Origin: an uncultured bacterium
Lineage (GTDB): Bacteria > Cyanobacteriota > Vampirovibrionia > Gastranaerophilales > Gastranaerophilaceae
Assembly (NCBI GenBank): GCA_902788345.1
Contig: CADAJP010000001.1
Location: forward strand, 153,795 to 217,794
Direction of reading: 5' to 3'
DNA length: 64,000 bases
Part shown: piece after piece, positions 1 through 9,542 of the stretch
Position numbering within the stretch: the stretch's first letter is position 1
How the letters are laid out: each line of letters opens with the position of its first letter
Made by a program: the position numbers and the translations under genes
Notes under the pieces: generated by a model
Seen by the model: the letters and a program-made list of their open reading frames with translations, nothing else
What the model was told of the DNA's origin: nothing
Databases searched by the model: none

Positions 1-750
1 TTCCATAAACTCTACTCCTTTGCCTTTTATTGTATTCGCTACAATAACCACCGGAGAAGAAGAATTTTTAGCTTCTTCAATTGCAGAGTATATTTGTACT
101 ATGTCATGTCCGTCAATTTCTATTGTTTCCCATCCAAATGCTTTAAATTTTTCTGCAACATTACCAAGAGCCATTACATTTTCTGTATTACCGTCAATTT
201 GCAGTTTATTTCTGTCAACAATGGCGATTAAGTTATTTAATTTTCTGTGAGGAGCCTGCATAGCGGCTTCCCAAACATTCCCTTCCTGTAATTCACCATC
301 ACCAAGCATTACAAATACATGAGCCGGACTTTTATCAAGTTTTAATGCCATAGCAAGTCCGCATGCAAAAGATAATCCTTGACCGAGTGAGCCTGTAGCC
401 ATTTCAACACCCGGAGTCATGTGTGTAGGATGTCCCTGCAGTCTGGAACCAAGTTTTCTGAAACTTAACAATTCTTCTTCAGGAAAAAATCCTTTTTGAG
501 CAAGAACAGAATAGTATAGCGGTGATATATGCCCTTTTGACAGTATGAATCTGTCTCTGTTTTTATATTCTTCTTCTGTCATATCGGCAGAAAAGTTCAT
601 ACATTTATGAAACAAAACGGTTAAAATATCTGTAGCAGATAAAGAACCGCCAATGTGACCTGATTGTGCTGTATAAACCATATCTAAAATATTTTTTCTG
701 CTCTTGTGAGCAAGTTCTTTAAGTTCATTAATTTCTTTATCTGTTAACAT
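1..750 (-). CDS. tkt: Transketolase, N-terminal thiamine-diphosphate-binding part. The 3' end of the gene lies beyond the window start. Probably the split-type N-terminal subunit.
   Basis: Minus-strand translation from ATG 750..748 reads MLTDKEINELKELAHKSRKNILDMVYTAQSGHIGGSLS...MLGDGELQEGNVWEA...VANTIKGKGVEFME. It carries the GHxGxxLS and GDGxxxEG TPP motifs. Absent from the ORF track because it is open at the window edge. Confidence 0.85.
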   Translation of the reverse strand, partial: MLTDKEINELKELAHKSRKNILDMVYTAQSGHIGGSLSATDILTVLFHKCMNFSADMTEEEYKNRDRFILSKGHISPLYYSVLAQKGFFPEEELLSFRKLGSRLQGHPTHMTPGVEMATGSLGQGLSFACGLAMALKLDKSPAHVFVMLGDGELQEGNVWEAAMQAPHRKLNNLIAIVDRNKLQIDGNTENVMALGNVAEKFKAFGWETIEIDGHDIVQIYSAIEEAKNSSSPVVIVANTIKGKGVEFME

Positions 751-1489
751 TTGGCACTAACCTTTCTTTCATAACTTTTAAAATAAACAGCGGAAGTGTC
801 GGGAATATCCTTTTTAATCTTTTAGGTTCTTTTACTGTTCTGTATAACCATTCCAAACCAAGTTTTTGATATATTTCAGGAGCTCTGTTAATTACTCCCG
901 ACCATACATCAAAACTTCCTCCGACACCTATCATTATACTGTTTGGAAGTTGTTTTTTTAGTTTGCTTATAAAAAATTCCTGTTTTGGTGCTCCGAGCGC
1001 AACAAGTATTAAATCGGGTGCAAGCGGAACAATCTCGTTTATTATTTCATTTTCATCGGTAAAATACCCGTCATGAGCATATACAATATTTATGTTTGGG
1101 TATTCCGATTTTAATTTTTCACAGGTTTTTTGTAATATTTCAGGTTTTGCACCCACAAGTGCAATATTTTTGTTATCATTTACGCATTTTTGGATGAGTG
1201 CTTTGCTAAAATCGATACCTGCAATTCTTGATACTTTATGACCTAAAATTTTAAGCCCAATTTGTACTCCGACTCCGTCAGGCACTATCATTTCAGAACT
1301 GTTTATAACATCCGAAAAATCTTTATTTTTTTGAGCATTTAGTATCATTTCAGGGTTAATCGTTACAACCTGTCCGTGACGGTTGTATATATACTCTATC
1401 GCATCCTCAAATGTAAATGTATCAACTCCATATCCCAGTATATTTACAACATTTCTGTTCATAAACTTATTATAACATATTATTTTCAA
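737..1489 (-). CDS. WecG/TagA/CpsF-family glycosyltransferase
   Basis: Motifs ILGYGVDTFTFEDAIEYI, VPDGVGV, LVALGAPKQE and GVGGSFDVWSG are typical of this family. Position 1489 is a TTG; the first ATG is at 1462. The stop overlaps the tkt start by 14 nt. Confidence 0.8.
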   Translation of the reverse strand: MKIICYNKFMNRNVVNILGYGVDTFTFEDAIEYIYNRHGQVVTINPEMILNAQKNKDFSDVINSSEMIVPDGVGVQIGLKILGHKVSRIAGIDFSKALIQKCVNDNKNIALVGAKPEILQKTCEKLKSEYPNINIVYAHDGYFTDENEIINEIVPLAPDLILVALGAPKQEFFISKLKKQLPNSIMIGVGGSFDVWSGVINRAPEIYQKLGLEWLYRTVKEPKRLKRIFPTLPLFILKVMKERLVPNVNR

Positions 1490-1507
1490 TTATGCTATAA
1501 TAATTCT

Positions 1508-2356
1508 ATGAAAAAACTAATTTTAAACATATTTTTTAGTCTGGTTATTTTATTCGGATCAAATCTTTGTGTAAAGGCTGTGCAATTTGATTTATTAGTT
1601 TTGCCGGTTGATATTTTTTCAGTTTGTGATAATTATTTTTGCTTCCCTGAAGTTTCAAATATAGTTGCAGATGATGTTATTAAAAATATGGCACAATATA
1701 ACGCAATAAATACAAAATCTTTAACTCAGATGCGTGATGCTTTTGCCAAAAACAACGAATTGAAGTCGAAAACTCAGGCTTTACTTACTCAATACAGGGA
1801 TAAGGATAAAATCGATTTCCCTACATTACAGGCTGTTGCCAATTATTTTGGGGTAAAGTCTGTTTTGTTAATAAATTCTTACGCAATAAATGATAAAACC
1901 GATTTAAGGCGTAATTTGTGGGATATTTTGGAAATCGGCAGTGCTTTTAAACTGACTTATCCGTTTGAATTGAAAACAAATGCAGTTTTAACTGATTGCG
2001 TAAACAATCTTGTTATGTGGAGCGGAAAGTATAGTAAAGATGTATCTGATACATTCGGTTATTACTCTGCCGCTAATCAGATGCAGGCGATGTCTCAGCT
2101 TGAAAAAATTATGATGTATTCTAACGAAACTCTTTCAAAAAATATTAGTCAAAATGTGTTTATGCGGTTTTTCCCGAGAGATGTCAGAACATTCACGATG
2201 AAATCATCACCTGAACAGTCAGGAGAGGATAAAAAATTCGTTCCTAACGCCCTTCAGCATCTTGCAGACCCGCATATAAGAAAAGAGTTTGATGAAAGTC
2301 AGACAAATTCTGAGTTTAGAAAATTTGGTAATGATGATGTTATTTATCAATTTTAA
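1508..2356 (+). CDS. Secreted protein of unknown function
   Basis: ATG at 1508 gives MKKLILNIFFSLVILFGSNLCVKA, a Sec-type signal peptide. The longer track ORF from 1376 overlaps the upstream gene. Followed by a terminator hairpin. Confidence 0.55.
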   Translation: MKKLILNIFFSLVILFGSNLCVKAVQFDLLVLPVDIFSVCDNYFCFPEVSNIVADDVIKNMAQYNAINTKSLTQMRDAFAKNNELKSKTQALLTQYRDKDKIDFPTLQAVANYFGVKSVLLINSYAINDKTDLRRNLWDILEIGSAFKLTYPFELKTNAVLTDCVNNLVMWSGKYSKDVSDTFGYYSAANQMQAMSQLEKIMMYSNETLSKNISQNVFMRFFPRDVRTFTMKSSPEQSGEDKKFVPNALQHLADPHIRKEFDESQTNSEFRKFGNDDVIYQF

Positions 2357-2361
2357 TAATT

Positions 2362-2396
2362 AAAAACGGTAAGAATTAAGTTTTCTTACCGTTTTT
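2362..2396. terminator. Bidirectional rho-independent terminator
   Basis: aaaaACGGTAAGAAttaagtTTTCTTACCGTttttt lies between convergent genes. Confidence 0.75.
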
Positions 2397-2403
2397 ATAA
2401 TAT

Positions 2404-2706
2404 CTATTTTTCGAAGCTTGGTTTTTGCCCTTTTATGTTTTTTCTTTCTCCTTTGAAATGGTGTCCGTGCATACCGCGTTTTTCAATTCTGTATTGTGGC
2501 GGCATCTGTCTTTCAATTCCCGGTCTGTGGTATCTGAAAGCACAAGGACAAGGCGGAAATTTAGGCTGTGTTAGGGCTTTTGCAACTAATAATGCTAATA
2601 ATGTACCTGTAAATACTGAAGCTGTAATCAATAAAAATTTACAAAACATTTTACAGCAGCAGCAATCTTTTTGAGGTGCTTCTACTTTTCTTTCTTCTTC
2701 TGTCAT
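2404..2706 (-). CDS. Small Cys-rich single-pass membrane protein, unknown function
   Basis: Contains a CCCC run followed by a hydrophobic helix (FLLITASVFTGTLLALLV). An AAGGAG Shine-Dalgarno sits 6 nt upstream of the ATG. A promoter-motif copy lies upstream. Confidence 0.5.
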   Translation of the reverse strand: MTEEERKVEAPQKDCCCCKMFCKFLLITASVFTGTLLALLVAKALTQPKFPPCPCAFRYHRPGIERQMPPQYRIEKRGMHGHHFKGERKNIKGQKPSFEK

Positions 2707-2723
2707 AACGATTCTCCTTATTT

Positions 2724-2763
2724 GTTTTACATATTTAAAACGATTTAGAAAAATAATTGTTCA
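2724..2763 (-). promoter_or_regulatory. Weaker copy (F) of the recurrent CAATT-N15-TTTAxATAT promoter-like motif
   Basis: Minus strand reads tgaaCAATT-atttttctaaatcgt-TTTAAATATGTAAAAC. The 15-nt spacer is exact. Confidence 0.35.
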
Positions 2764-2766
2764 TTT

Positions 2767-3819
2767 TTATTTTTCATCTTCAATTTTAACTGTAAAATCA
2801 GGATTTTCATTCATCTTCTCGGTAATTTCATCAAATGATAAAAGTCCTTGTGTTGCTCCAAATACTGAAACTGCTCCGGCTGAATTAATAGAAGCTGCAA
2901 TAAGTGATTTTGCAATATCAATATCATATCTAATCATAGCCGCGCAGAATGTTGACGCAAAAGCATCTCCTGCTCCAAGTGTTGAAGCTACAGGCCCATC
3001 AAAGCATGGACAGTAAAAATATCTCTTACCGTCATAAGCATATGCTCCATGTCCGCCATCCGTAATGACTATTACCTGATAATCCGAAACTTTTAGTTTA
3101 TGAAACATTTCTTTTAAATCGGGATGTATCAGTTCTTGAGAGTATTTAATGTCTTTTGTATCCTGTCTTAATTTTATGCCTGTTGCCATGGAAGCTTCTT
3201 CTTTATTCATTACGACAACATCTGCAAGCTCAAGAATTTTTTTCAGATAATTATACCCTTTTTTAATACCCGTTGTACCTGCATTAAAGCAAACATAAGT
3301 ATCGTTTGCTTTTGCAAATTTAACCAAGTCATCAAGTTGTTTGTTGCTATCACCGTTTAAAGGTGCAATATACAGCAGTTTGGCATTTTTTATGGCTTCG
3401 AAATCAATTTCTGATTTTTTTATATGTGCATTTGCGCCTCTGTGAGCCAGAACTGTTCTGTCACCCTCAAAGCTTGTTAAAATAATAGAAAATCCTGTCG
3501 TATCTTTAGGATCTTGAATTATTGAATCAAGGTTAACATTTTTATTTTTAAAAAAGTCTAATAAACCTTGTGCGTAAATATCATCTCCGATTTTAAAAAT
3601 TACTGCTGTATCAAAGCCCAGATTGGCAAAATTTACTGCGGTATTTACTCCGCCACCGCCTACTTGTGTATCAAAATCTGTTATTTCAAGTTTTGAACCG
3701 TATGGATAACTCATAAAATCTGTAGAACGATCTTTTCTGCGTACTGAAACTACATTTGCATCATCACATTCTACAAATACATCCATTGTCGCACTTCCAA
3801 TTGTAACAATATCACTCAT
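2767..3819 (-). CDS. PfkB-family carbohydrate kinase (ribokinase-like)
   Basis: Has the di-Gly motif DTQVGGGGVNTAV and the C-terminal TLGAGDAF anion-hole motif. Confidence 0.8.
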   Translation of the reverse strand: MSDIVTIGSATMDVFVECDDANVVSVRRKDRSTDFMSYPYGSKLEITDFDTQVGGGGVNTAVNFANLGFDTAVIFKIGDDIYAQGLLDFFKNKNVNLDSIIQDPKDTTGFSIILTSFEGDRTVLAHRGANAHIKKSEIDFEAIKNAKLLYIAPLNGDSNKQLDDLVKFAKANDTYVCFNAGTTGIKKGYNYLKKILELADVVVMNKEEASMATGIKLRQDTKDIKYSQELIHPDLKEMFHKLKVSDYQVIVITDGGHGAYAYDGKRYFYCPCFDGPVASTLGAGDAFASTFCAAMIRYDIDIAKSLIAASINSAGAVSVFGATQGLLSFDEITEKMNENPDFTVKIEDEK

Positions 3820-3930
3820 ACTAAACTCCTTATTTACATATGTAAATTATACCATAAATTGTCATTTTAGCTATAAATAAGGCAAAATTTTTTTTTCTGT
3901 ATTTGTACTATATCAAATGGTTAAAAATAA

Positions 3931-5472
3931 TTATATTTCCTGTGTCATGCAATCTATTCCGCCTAACAATTTTAAATAATTGCCACTCGATACAAAGTAA
4001 ACATTCTTTACCCCGTTTTGTTTGAAAACTTTGCTTGCTGCTTCATTTAATTCAGGATAACCGGAGCTGTTTGTAATGAAGAATGTTCCTTTCATTTTTG
4101 ATGTTCCTCCTACTCCGTTTGCAAAATTAACTTGCGGAACACTATCATCTTTTGGAACAGTAAAACAAGGTATTTTTACTAATTTGTAGCCTGCTTTGGT
4201 TAATGAAGCTTCGGCATCTTTTGTTATTGAGGCTGTTTTTTCTTTCATTTCTTCAAGTTTATCAATAAAGTGTTGTTTTTGGTCTTCAGACATTTCGGAA
4301 ATTTTTGTATTTTTAAGCATGTCTATCCCAGCCTGATAATCAGGTACTGCCATTTCTCCGTTGCCAAGCGGATGATATGTCATGTCAATATGAAAATCAA
4401 ACTGCGGAATGTAGGTTATATCTTCCGGTTTTAATCCCAGATCCGAAGCAATTTGATTTTTTGCCTTAATTCTGTTATCAGGAGTGTCTTCAAGCCCCAT
4501 ACTTTTTAGCGTGTATCCGATGGATTCTTCTCCTATTACGGCTCCGGGTTTGCCATCTGCTTTCAGGGTATTTAAGACATTCCCGCCTTCTAAATATGTA
4601 TTTGATTTTACGATTTCATCTTCAGGAACTGTTTTTATGTATTCACTTGTTTTCCCGTTTATAGCGGCTGAACCTTGTCCTGAAGTCCCTATATCACTTC
4701 TGCGGCTTTGTATGGATTCTATTTCCTCTTTATTAATAAAGTTATATTCATTTTTGCTTTGAGCATAAACTTTTCCGTCAGCTCTTCTGACGGTATAGTC
4801 TTCTACCCAAATGTCAGCAGAATGTACTGTTTCAACCTTAAAACCAAGTTCTTTACCAATATAATTCATTTCTTGCTTAACTTTTTCAAAATTTTCTGAT
4901 TTTGAACTGTCACTCATTTTGATTGTGCGTATTTCTCTGTTTAATCCTTCTGACCAGTTTTGTTCTTTAGGATCTGCGTTATTCTGCATTTTAATCGGTT
5001 CAAGTCTTTCATTACTAACCCCTTTGTCATCATATGATGAAACTCCGTCAAAATTAAGATAGTATTTGCCTTTTGGTAAATTTGATGTGTCAGCCGCAGT
5101 GGAATCAAAATTTCGCATTATTGCTATTTCATCATCAAAAGTGTCAATGTAGGAGTATTTAAGAGTTTCATTTTTTGATGTGTCAATCACTCTGGATTTA
5201 CTGCTGTTGTCCATCATTTGAGATAGGGTTTCGGCTTCTTTCGTGTCTATTACACCGTTTGAATTTGATATTGATGTTTTATTGTCAGCAATATCCATTA
5301 AATCTTTGAGTAAATTAATGTTCTTTTCAGTTATTGTATCGTTATTTCCCCTAATTTTGTCAAATATGGACTGTACGGCAGGGTTATTTACTTTAATATC
5401 ATTCCATTTTGAGCCTGCCGATATTTCTATCTTATAAATTTTGTTTTTACTGTCGTAATACGAAAAGTCCAT
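3931..5472 (-). CDS. Guanidino-group-modifying-enzyme superfamily protein (agmatine/peptidyl-arginine deiminase-like) with a roughly 230-aa unknown N-terminal region
   Basis: The C-terminal half carries ADIWVEDY, YLEGGNV, FHIDMTY and a terminal LLGGIDCMTQEI (GG-x-x-C catalytic Cys signature). No signal peptide. Confidence 0.5.
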   Translation of the reverse strand: MDFSYYDSKNKIYKIEISAGSKWNDIKVNNPAVQSIFDKIRGNNDTITEKNINLLKDLMDIADNKTSISNSNGVIDTKEAETLSQMMDNSSKSRVIDTSKNETLKYSYIDTFDDEIAIMRNFDSTAADTSNLPKGKYYLNFDGVSSYDDKGVSNERLEPIKMQNNADPKEQNWSEGLNREIRTIKMSDSSKSENFEKVKQEMNYIGKELGFKVETVHSADIWVEDYTVRRADGKVYAQSKNEYNFINKEEIESIQSRRSDIGTSGQGSAAINGKTSEYIKTVPEDEIVKSNTYLEGGNVLNTLKADGKPGAVIGEESIGYTLKSMGLEDTPDNRIKAKNQIASDLGLKPEDITYIPQFDFHIDMTYHPLGNGEMAVPDYQAGIDMLKNTKISEMSEDQKQHFIDKLEEMKEKTASITKDAEASLTKAGYKLVKIPCFTVPKDDSVPQVNFANGVGGTSKMKGTFFITNSSGYPELNEAASKVFKQNGVKNVYFVSSGNYLKLLGGIDCMTQEI

Positions 5473-5526
5473 ACAACCTCTATTAATAGATAAATTTATA
5501 ATCGGTCTTTTATGTTTAAAACTTTA

Positions 5527-5573
5527 AAAAAAAATAGCGGGTTGTAATGATAATTTACAACTCGCTATTTTTT
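5527..5573 (-). terminator. Terminator downstream of pnp
   Basis: ATAGCGGGTTGTAAtgataaTTTACAACTCGCTAT, with a T-run on the minus strand. Confidence 0.7.
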
Positions 5574-5588
5574 GTATTAAAAACTGAT

Positions 5589-7733
5589 TTAGCTAATGCA
5601 ATTAGCTTTATCTTCTTCGGTTACCCCTTTTAAAGTTAAGTTTACACGACCTTTTTCGTCAATTTTTATAACTTTAACGATAACTTCATCTCCGATATTC
5701 AAATGTGGTTCAATTGTTTCAATTCTCTCGTTGCAAACTTGAGAAATGTGAATCATACCGTCTTTTCCGCCGCCTAATTCAACGAAAGCGCCGATAGGGA
5801 TAATTCTTACAACTTTACCCTTGATTACCATGCCAACTTCAGGTTTGAAAGTAATATCTTTAATCATTTTGATTGCAATTTTTGCACCTTCCTGATCGTT
5901 AGATGTAATAGTTACAAGACCTGAATCCTGAATATCAATTTCCGCACCTGATGCATCAATGATTTCTCTGATTTGTTTTCCGCCAGGTCCGATAACTGTA
6001 CCGATGTCTTCTGTCGGAATTGTCAATGTTGTAATGCTTGGAGCGAATGGTGATAATTCCTTAGCCGGTTCGGTGATTACTTCTCTCATTTTGCCTAAGA
6101 TATGTAATCTGCCTTCTTTTGCCTGGAATAAAGCTTTGCGTAATGTTTCGTTAGGGATTCCTTTAGCTTTCATATCCATTTGAAGAGCTGTAATACCGGT
6201 ATCGTTACCTGTAACTTTAAAGTCCATATCACCCAAGAAATCTTCAATTCCCTGAATATCTGTTAATACAACAGGTTCATAACCTTCTTCTTTAATCATA
6301 CCCATTGCAACACCGCCGATCATACATTTAACAGGAACACCTGCGTTCATCAAAGCCATTGAAGAACCGCAAGTTGAACCCATTGATGTTGAACCGTTAG
6401 ATTCTAATACATCTGATGTTACTCTGATTGTATAACCAAATTCATCAGGACTTGGCAATGCAGGAATGTTTGCTCTTTCTGCTAAATTACCATGACCTAC
6501 TTCACGTCTGCCCGGACCTCTTAATGGTTTTACTTCACCAACTGAGAAGCCAGGGAAGATGTATTTGTGCATATATGTTTTTTCAGTTTGAGGATCAACT
6601 CCGTCAAGTTCCTGTTTCATTGCAGGGCCGGCTAAGGTTGCAACTGAAAGAATTTGAGTTTGACCTCTTGTAAATACGGCACTTCCGTGTGCTCTTGGAA
6701 TAACACCAACTTCGCACCAAATAGGACGAACTTCGGTTGGTTTTCTGCCGTCAGCTCTGACTCCTTCATCAAGAATCATTGCACGCATAATGTGTTTTTC
6801 TGCAGCTTTGAATTCTTCTGCAACAAAGTCAATACCTGTTTCTTCAATGATTTGTTTAATATAATCATCTTCAGGTAAAGCGTCAATTTTTTCTTTAACT
6901 AATTTTTTTGCTTCTTCAAGTTTATTTTGGCGATATTCTCTGTCAAAGTTATGATAAGCATCAAATATCATATCGTGAGCAGTTTCTTCAATAATCTGAG
7001 CGATTCTTGAAGTATCATAAGGATTTACAAATTCTTCTTTTACAACTCCGCAAGCTTTTGCAAATTCAACCTGTGCGTCACATTGTTTTCTGATTTCGCC
7101 TTGAGCGAATTCAACAGCATTCATAATATCGTCTTCAGTAACAAATTTACATCCTGCTTCAACCATGATAACGCTGTCGTGAGTACCTGCTACAACGATA
7201 TCTAAATCTGATTCGTGTGCTTGTTTGTGTGTCGGATTAGCAATAAAGTTTCCTTCAGAGTCACGAGATACTCTTACAGCTCCGATAGGTCCTTCAAATG
7301 GTGCTCCAGAAAGCATTAATGCACAAGATGCACCTAACATAGCCAATGTATCAGGCTGATTTTCCTGATCATAACTAAATAATTGAGCAACGATTTGAAT
7401 ATCGTTTCTATATCCTTTAGGGAAAAGCGGTCTGATTGGCCTGTCAATTAAACGGGATACCAAAATAGCTTTGTCGCTTGCTTTCCCTTCAGATCTGTTG
7501 TATCCGCCCGGAATTCTTCCGATTGCAGACATTCTTTCTTCATAATCGATTAGTAAAGGGAAGAAATCTATACCAACTCTTGGCTCTTTTGATACAACGC
7601 AGTGAACAAATAACATTGTATCGCCGCATCTTACGGTAACAGAACCATTAGTGGATTGTGCATACTTCCCTGTTTCAATTGTGACGGTTTTTCCGCCGAT
7701 TTCTAATTGAAAACTCTTTGTTTCAGGTTTCAT
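5589..7733 (-). CDS. pnp: Polyribonucleotide nucleotidyltransferase (PNPase)
   Basis: Full-length 714 aa with two RNase PH domains followed by KH (GPGGKQIREI) and S1 (KVVRIIPIGAFVEL) domains. Confidence 0.95.
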   Translation of the reverse strand: MKPETKSFQLEIGGKTVTIETGKYAQSTNGSVTVRCGDTMLFVHCVVSKEPRVGIDFFPLLIDYEERMSAIGRIPGGYNRSEGKASDKAILVSRLIDRPIRPLFPKGYRNDIQIVAQLFSYDQENQPDTLAMLGASCALMLSGAPFEGPIGAVRVSRDSEGNFIANPTHKQAHESDLDIVVAGTHDSVIMVEAGCKFVTEDDIMNAVEFAQGEIRKQCDAQVEFAKACGVVKEEFVNPYDTSRIAQIIEETAHDMIFDAYHNFDREYRQNKLEEAKKLVKEKIDALPEDDYIKQIIEETGIDFVAEEFKAAEKHIMRAMILDEGVRADGRKPTEVRPIWCEVGVIPRAHGSAVFTRGQTQILSVATLAGPAMKQELDGVDPQTEKTYMHKYIFPGFSVGEVKPLRGPGRREVGHGNLAERANIPALPSPDEFGYTIRVTSDVLESNGSTSMGSTCGSSMALMNAGVPVKCMIGGVAMGMIKEEGYEPVVLTDIQGIEDFLGDMDFKVTGNDTGITALQMDMKAKGIPNETLRKALFQAKEGRLHILGKMREVITEPAKELSPFAPSITTLTIPTEDIGTVIGPGGKQIREIIDASGAEIDIQDSGLVTITSNDQEGAKIAIKMIKDITFKPEVGMVIKGKVVRIIPIGAFVELGGGKDGMIHISQVCNERIETIEPHLNIGDEVIVKVIKIDEKGRVNLTLKGVTEEDKANCIS

Positions 7734-7918
7734 AAATAATACCCTTTCTTTCTCGTACTCTGTCTTAGTACGTTTTACTATACACTTCCATTAAGTTCAT
7801 ATTAATTTTACAACAAAAATATAAATTTTGTTATTTATTTGTAAAGATATATCTTTCAATATATCAAATTTTATTTGTTTGGGGTATTATTGTTTTGGAT
7901 ATTGGTAGAATTTAGATT

Positions 7919-8563
7919 ATGAGAGTAGAAAACATTAACCCTAATATAAATTTCAATGCAAATGTTTTGCGTTTCAAAAACGATTTTGTTCCTAAAGTTG
8001 GGCATTTGTCAAAAATTACGGGCAAATATGAGCAAAGTAGTGTTAATTGTTTATTGATAGATGATTCATCAGAGGCTGATATAACGGCGCTATACAATAT
8101 TGCTCGGGATTGGCAGTATGTCAATTCTCAGGGACATAATGCAAATTTCATCACTAATATTTACTATTACGCGCTAAAAAAATCGCAGGGCAGCAGTTTT
8201 TATGACAAGGTTAAGACTTATGTTTTAACATCTCAAACTGATAATTTTGAGAATCTTGATGGACAAAAAATTCTTGCTGTTGCAAGCGTTGAAGATTCTA
8301 TTCCAAATATTGCCGGTCATATATCTTATATTCAGGGAAATCCGGATTATACTTATGTAAAAGGCTCTTTATATGCAGGTGTCGGAACTTCTCTTATGAA
8401 ATGTCTGCAAAAAGTTTATAATCATATAACTTTAAAATCTGAAAAAAGTTATAGTGTAAAACAATTTTATAGAAAAAATAATTTTATAGAAGAACCAAAA
8501 AATTCTTGTAATTTCAAATGGTCAAATGATATTTTTTCAATACTTGGTATTAACTCTAAATAG
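7919..8563 (+). CDS. Hypothetical protein, possibly GNAT-fold acetyltransferase
   Basis: C-terminal YAGVGTSLMKCL...FYRKNNF resembles GNAT motif A. This is weak evidence. Confidence 0.35.
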   Translation: MRVENINPNINFNANVLRFKNDFVPKVGHLSKITGKYEQSSVNCLLIDDSSEADITALYNIARDWQYVNSQGHNANFITNIYYYALKKSQGSSFYDKVKTYVLTSQTDNFENLDGQKILAVASVEDSIPNIAGHISYIQGNPDYTYVKGSLYAGVGTSLMKCLQKVYNHITLKSEKSYSVKQFYRKNNFIEEPKNSCNFKWSNDIFSILGINSK

Positions 8564-8576
8564 GCTTACCTAAAAT

Positions 8577-8610
8577 AAAAAGCTGTTTACCAAAATGTAA
8601 ACAGCTTTTT
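8577..8610. terminator. Rho-independent terminator
   Basis: aaaaAGCTGTTTACcaaaatGTAAACAGCTtttt. Confidence 0.75.
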
Positions 8611-8613
8611 ATA

Positions 8614-8700
8614 CGGAGAAGCGGGGATTCGAACCCCGGGTGGAGTCTCCCCCACAGCGACTTTCGAGATCGCCACCTTCAACCACTCGGACACTTCTCC
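8614..8700 (-). tRNA. tRNA-Ser (anticodon CGA)
   Basis: The reverse complement folds as a cloverleaf. The acceptor is GGAGAAG/CTTCTCC, the anticodon loop is CTCGAAA, the variable arm is long, and the T-loop is GGGGTTCGAATCCCC. No CCA is encoded. Confidence 0.9.
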
Positions 8701-8703
8701 AGT

Positions 8704-9426
8704 TTATTTATCTATAATAACTTTGTCTAAAAGTTGTATGTTTATCTTGTCTCCGGCTTTAGCCTTATAATATAACCCCGGAGTTACCAAACCGGCAACT
8801 GCACCAATTGCAAAACCTATCGGTAGTCCGATTGCAAAACCGCCAACAATAACTGCACCTGCAGCAACACCGATTCCGCATCCTGCTCCGATACCGATTG
8901 CACTGCCGCCAAGTGTTGAACCCAAACCTTTACCCAATGCATTTAATTTGCCTCTTGATAAAAAGTCCTTATTGCTGAATAATTTTGCTTTTATATCTAT
9001 TTGTTCGCCGTCAGGTAGTTCTATTCTTTTGAAATTTAAGTGAATTTTTCCGCTGCGGTTAAATGATTTTGGCCTTTCCACATTGCAAATCTCTGCAATA
9101 ACTTTTGTTCCGACCGGAAGTATCTGTGTGCCTTCTTCAGTTGATAAGCAATCAGGTAATATAAAAACAATTTCATCGCCTACATTTGCATATTTACTGT
9201 TAAAATTCTGTCCAAATGCAACTTGTAATGTGTTATATGAAACTATTTCAGTTTCTTCCGCACTTGAATTTACAATGTTTGTCGGTGTCTTTTTAGCCAG
9301 TTTTTTAGGCAATTTCATATGTTCAATACTGACACTTCCATTATTTTCATTTGCTAAAAGCATACCCGCAGGCATACTAAGATTTAAAAATAAACTACAC
9401 AATAATAAAGCAATAACTTTTTTCAT
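8704..9426 (-). CDS. Secreted protein with a C-terminal glycine-zipper membrane segment, unknown function
   Basis: ATG at 9426 has a GAGG upstream and gives MKKVIALLLCSLFLNLSMPAG, a signal peptide. The C-terminus is GLGSTLGGSAIGIGAGCGIGVAAGAVIVGGFAIGLPIGFAIGAVAG. Confidence 0.55.
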   Translation of the reverse strand: MKKVIALLLCSLFLNLSMPAGMLLANENNGSVSIEHMKLPKKLAKKTPTNIVNSSAEETEIVSYNTLQVAFGQNFNSKYANVGDEIVFILPDCLSTEEGTQILPVGTKVIAEICNVERPKSFNRSGKIHLNFKRIELPDGEQIDIKAKLFSNKDFLSRGKLNALGKGLGSTLGGSAIGIGAGCGIGVAAGAVIVGGFAIGLPIGFAIGAVAGLVTPGLYYKAKAGDKINIQLLDKVIIDK

Positions 9427-9542
9427 ATTATATAACCTCATAATTTGTAAACTTCAATTTAATAAACATATTTCAGATTTTTATATTTTTATTCCTCAGG
9501 GGTTCTCATCCCTCGCATATTTTGTTTTCAATTTTCTAAAAA

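Noticed and set aside
2435-2674. 79-aa plus-strand ORF opposite 2404..2706
   Set aside because: The minus-strand frame has an AAGGAG Shine-Dalgarno, a clear TM helix and an upstream promoter-like element. The plus frame has none of these.
5230-5300. EF-hand-like calcium loop (ISNSNGVIDTKE) in the N-terminal extension of the deiminase-like protein
   Set aside because: Positions 3, 5, 6, 8, 9 and 12 fit the EF-hand loop, but position 1 is Ile rather than Asp/Asn/Ser. The flanking helices are not evident, and N/S-rich sequence makes chance matches likely.
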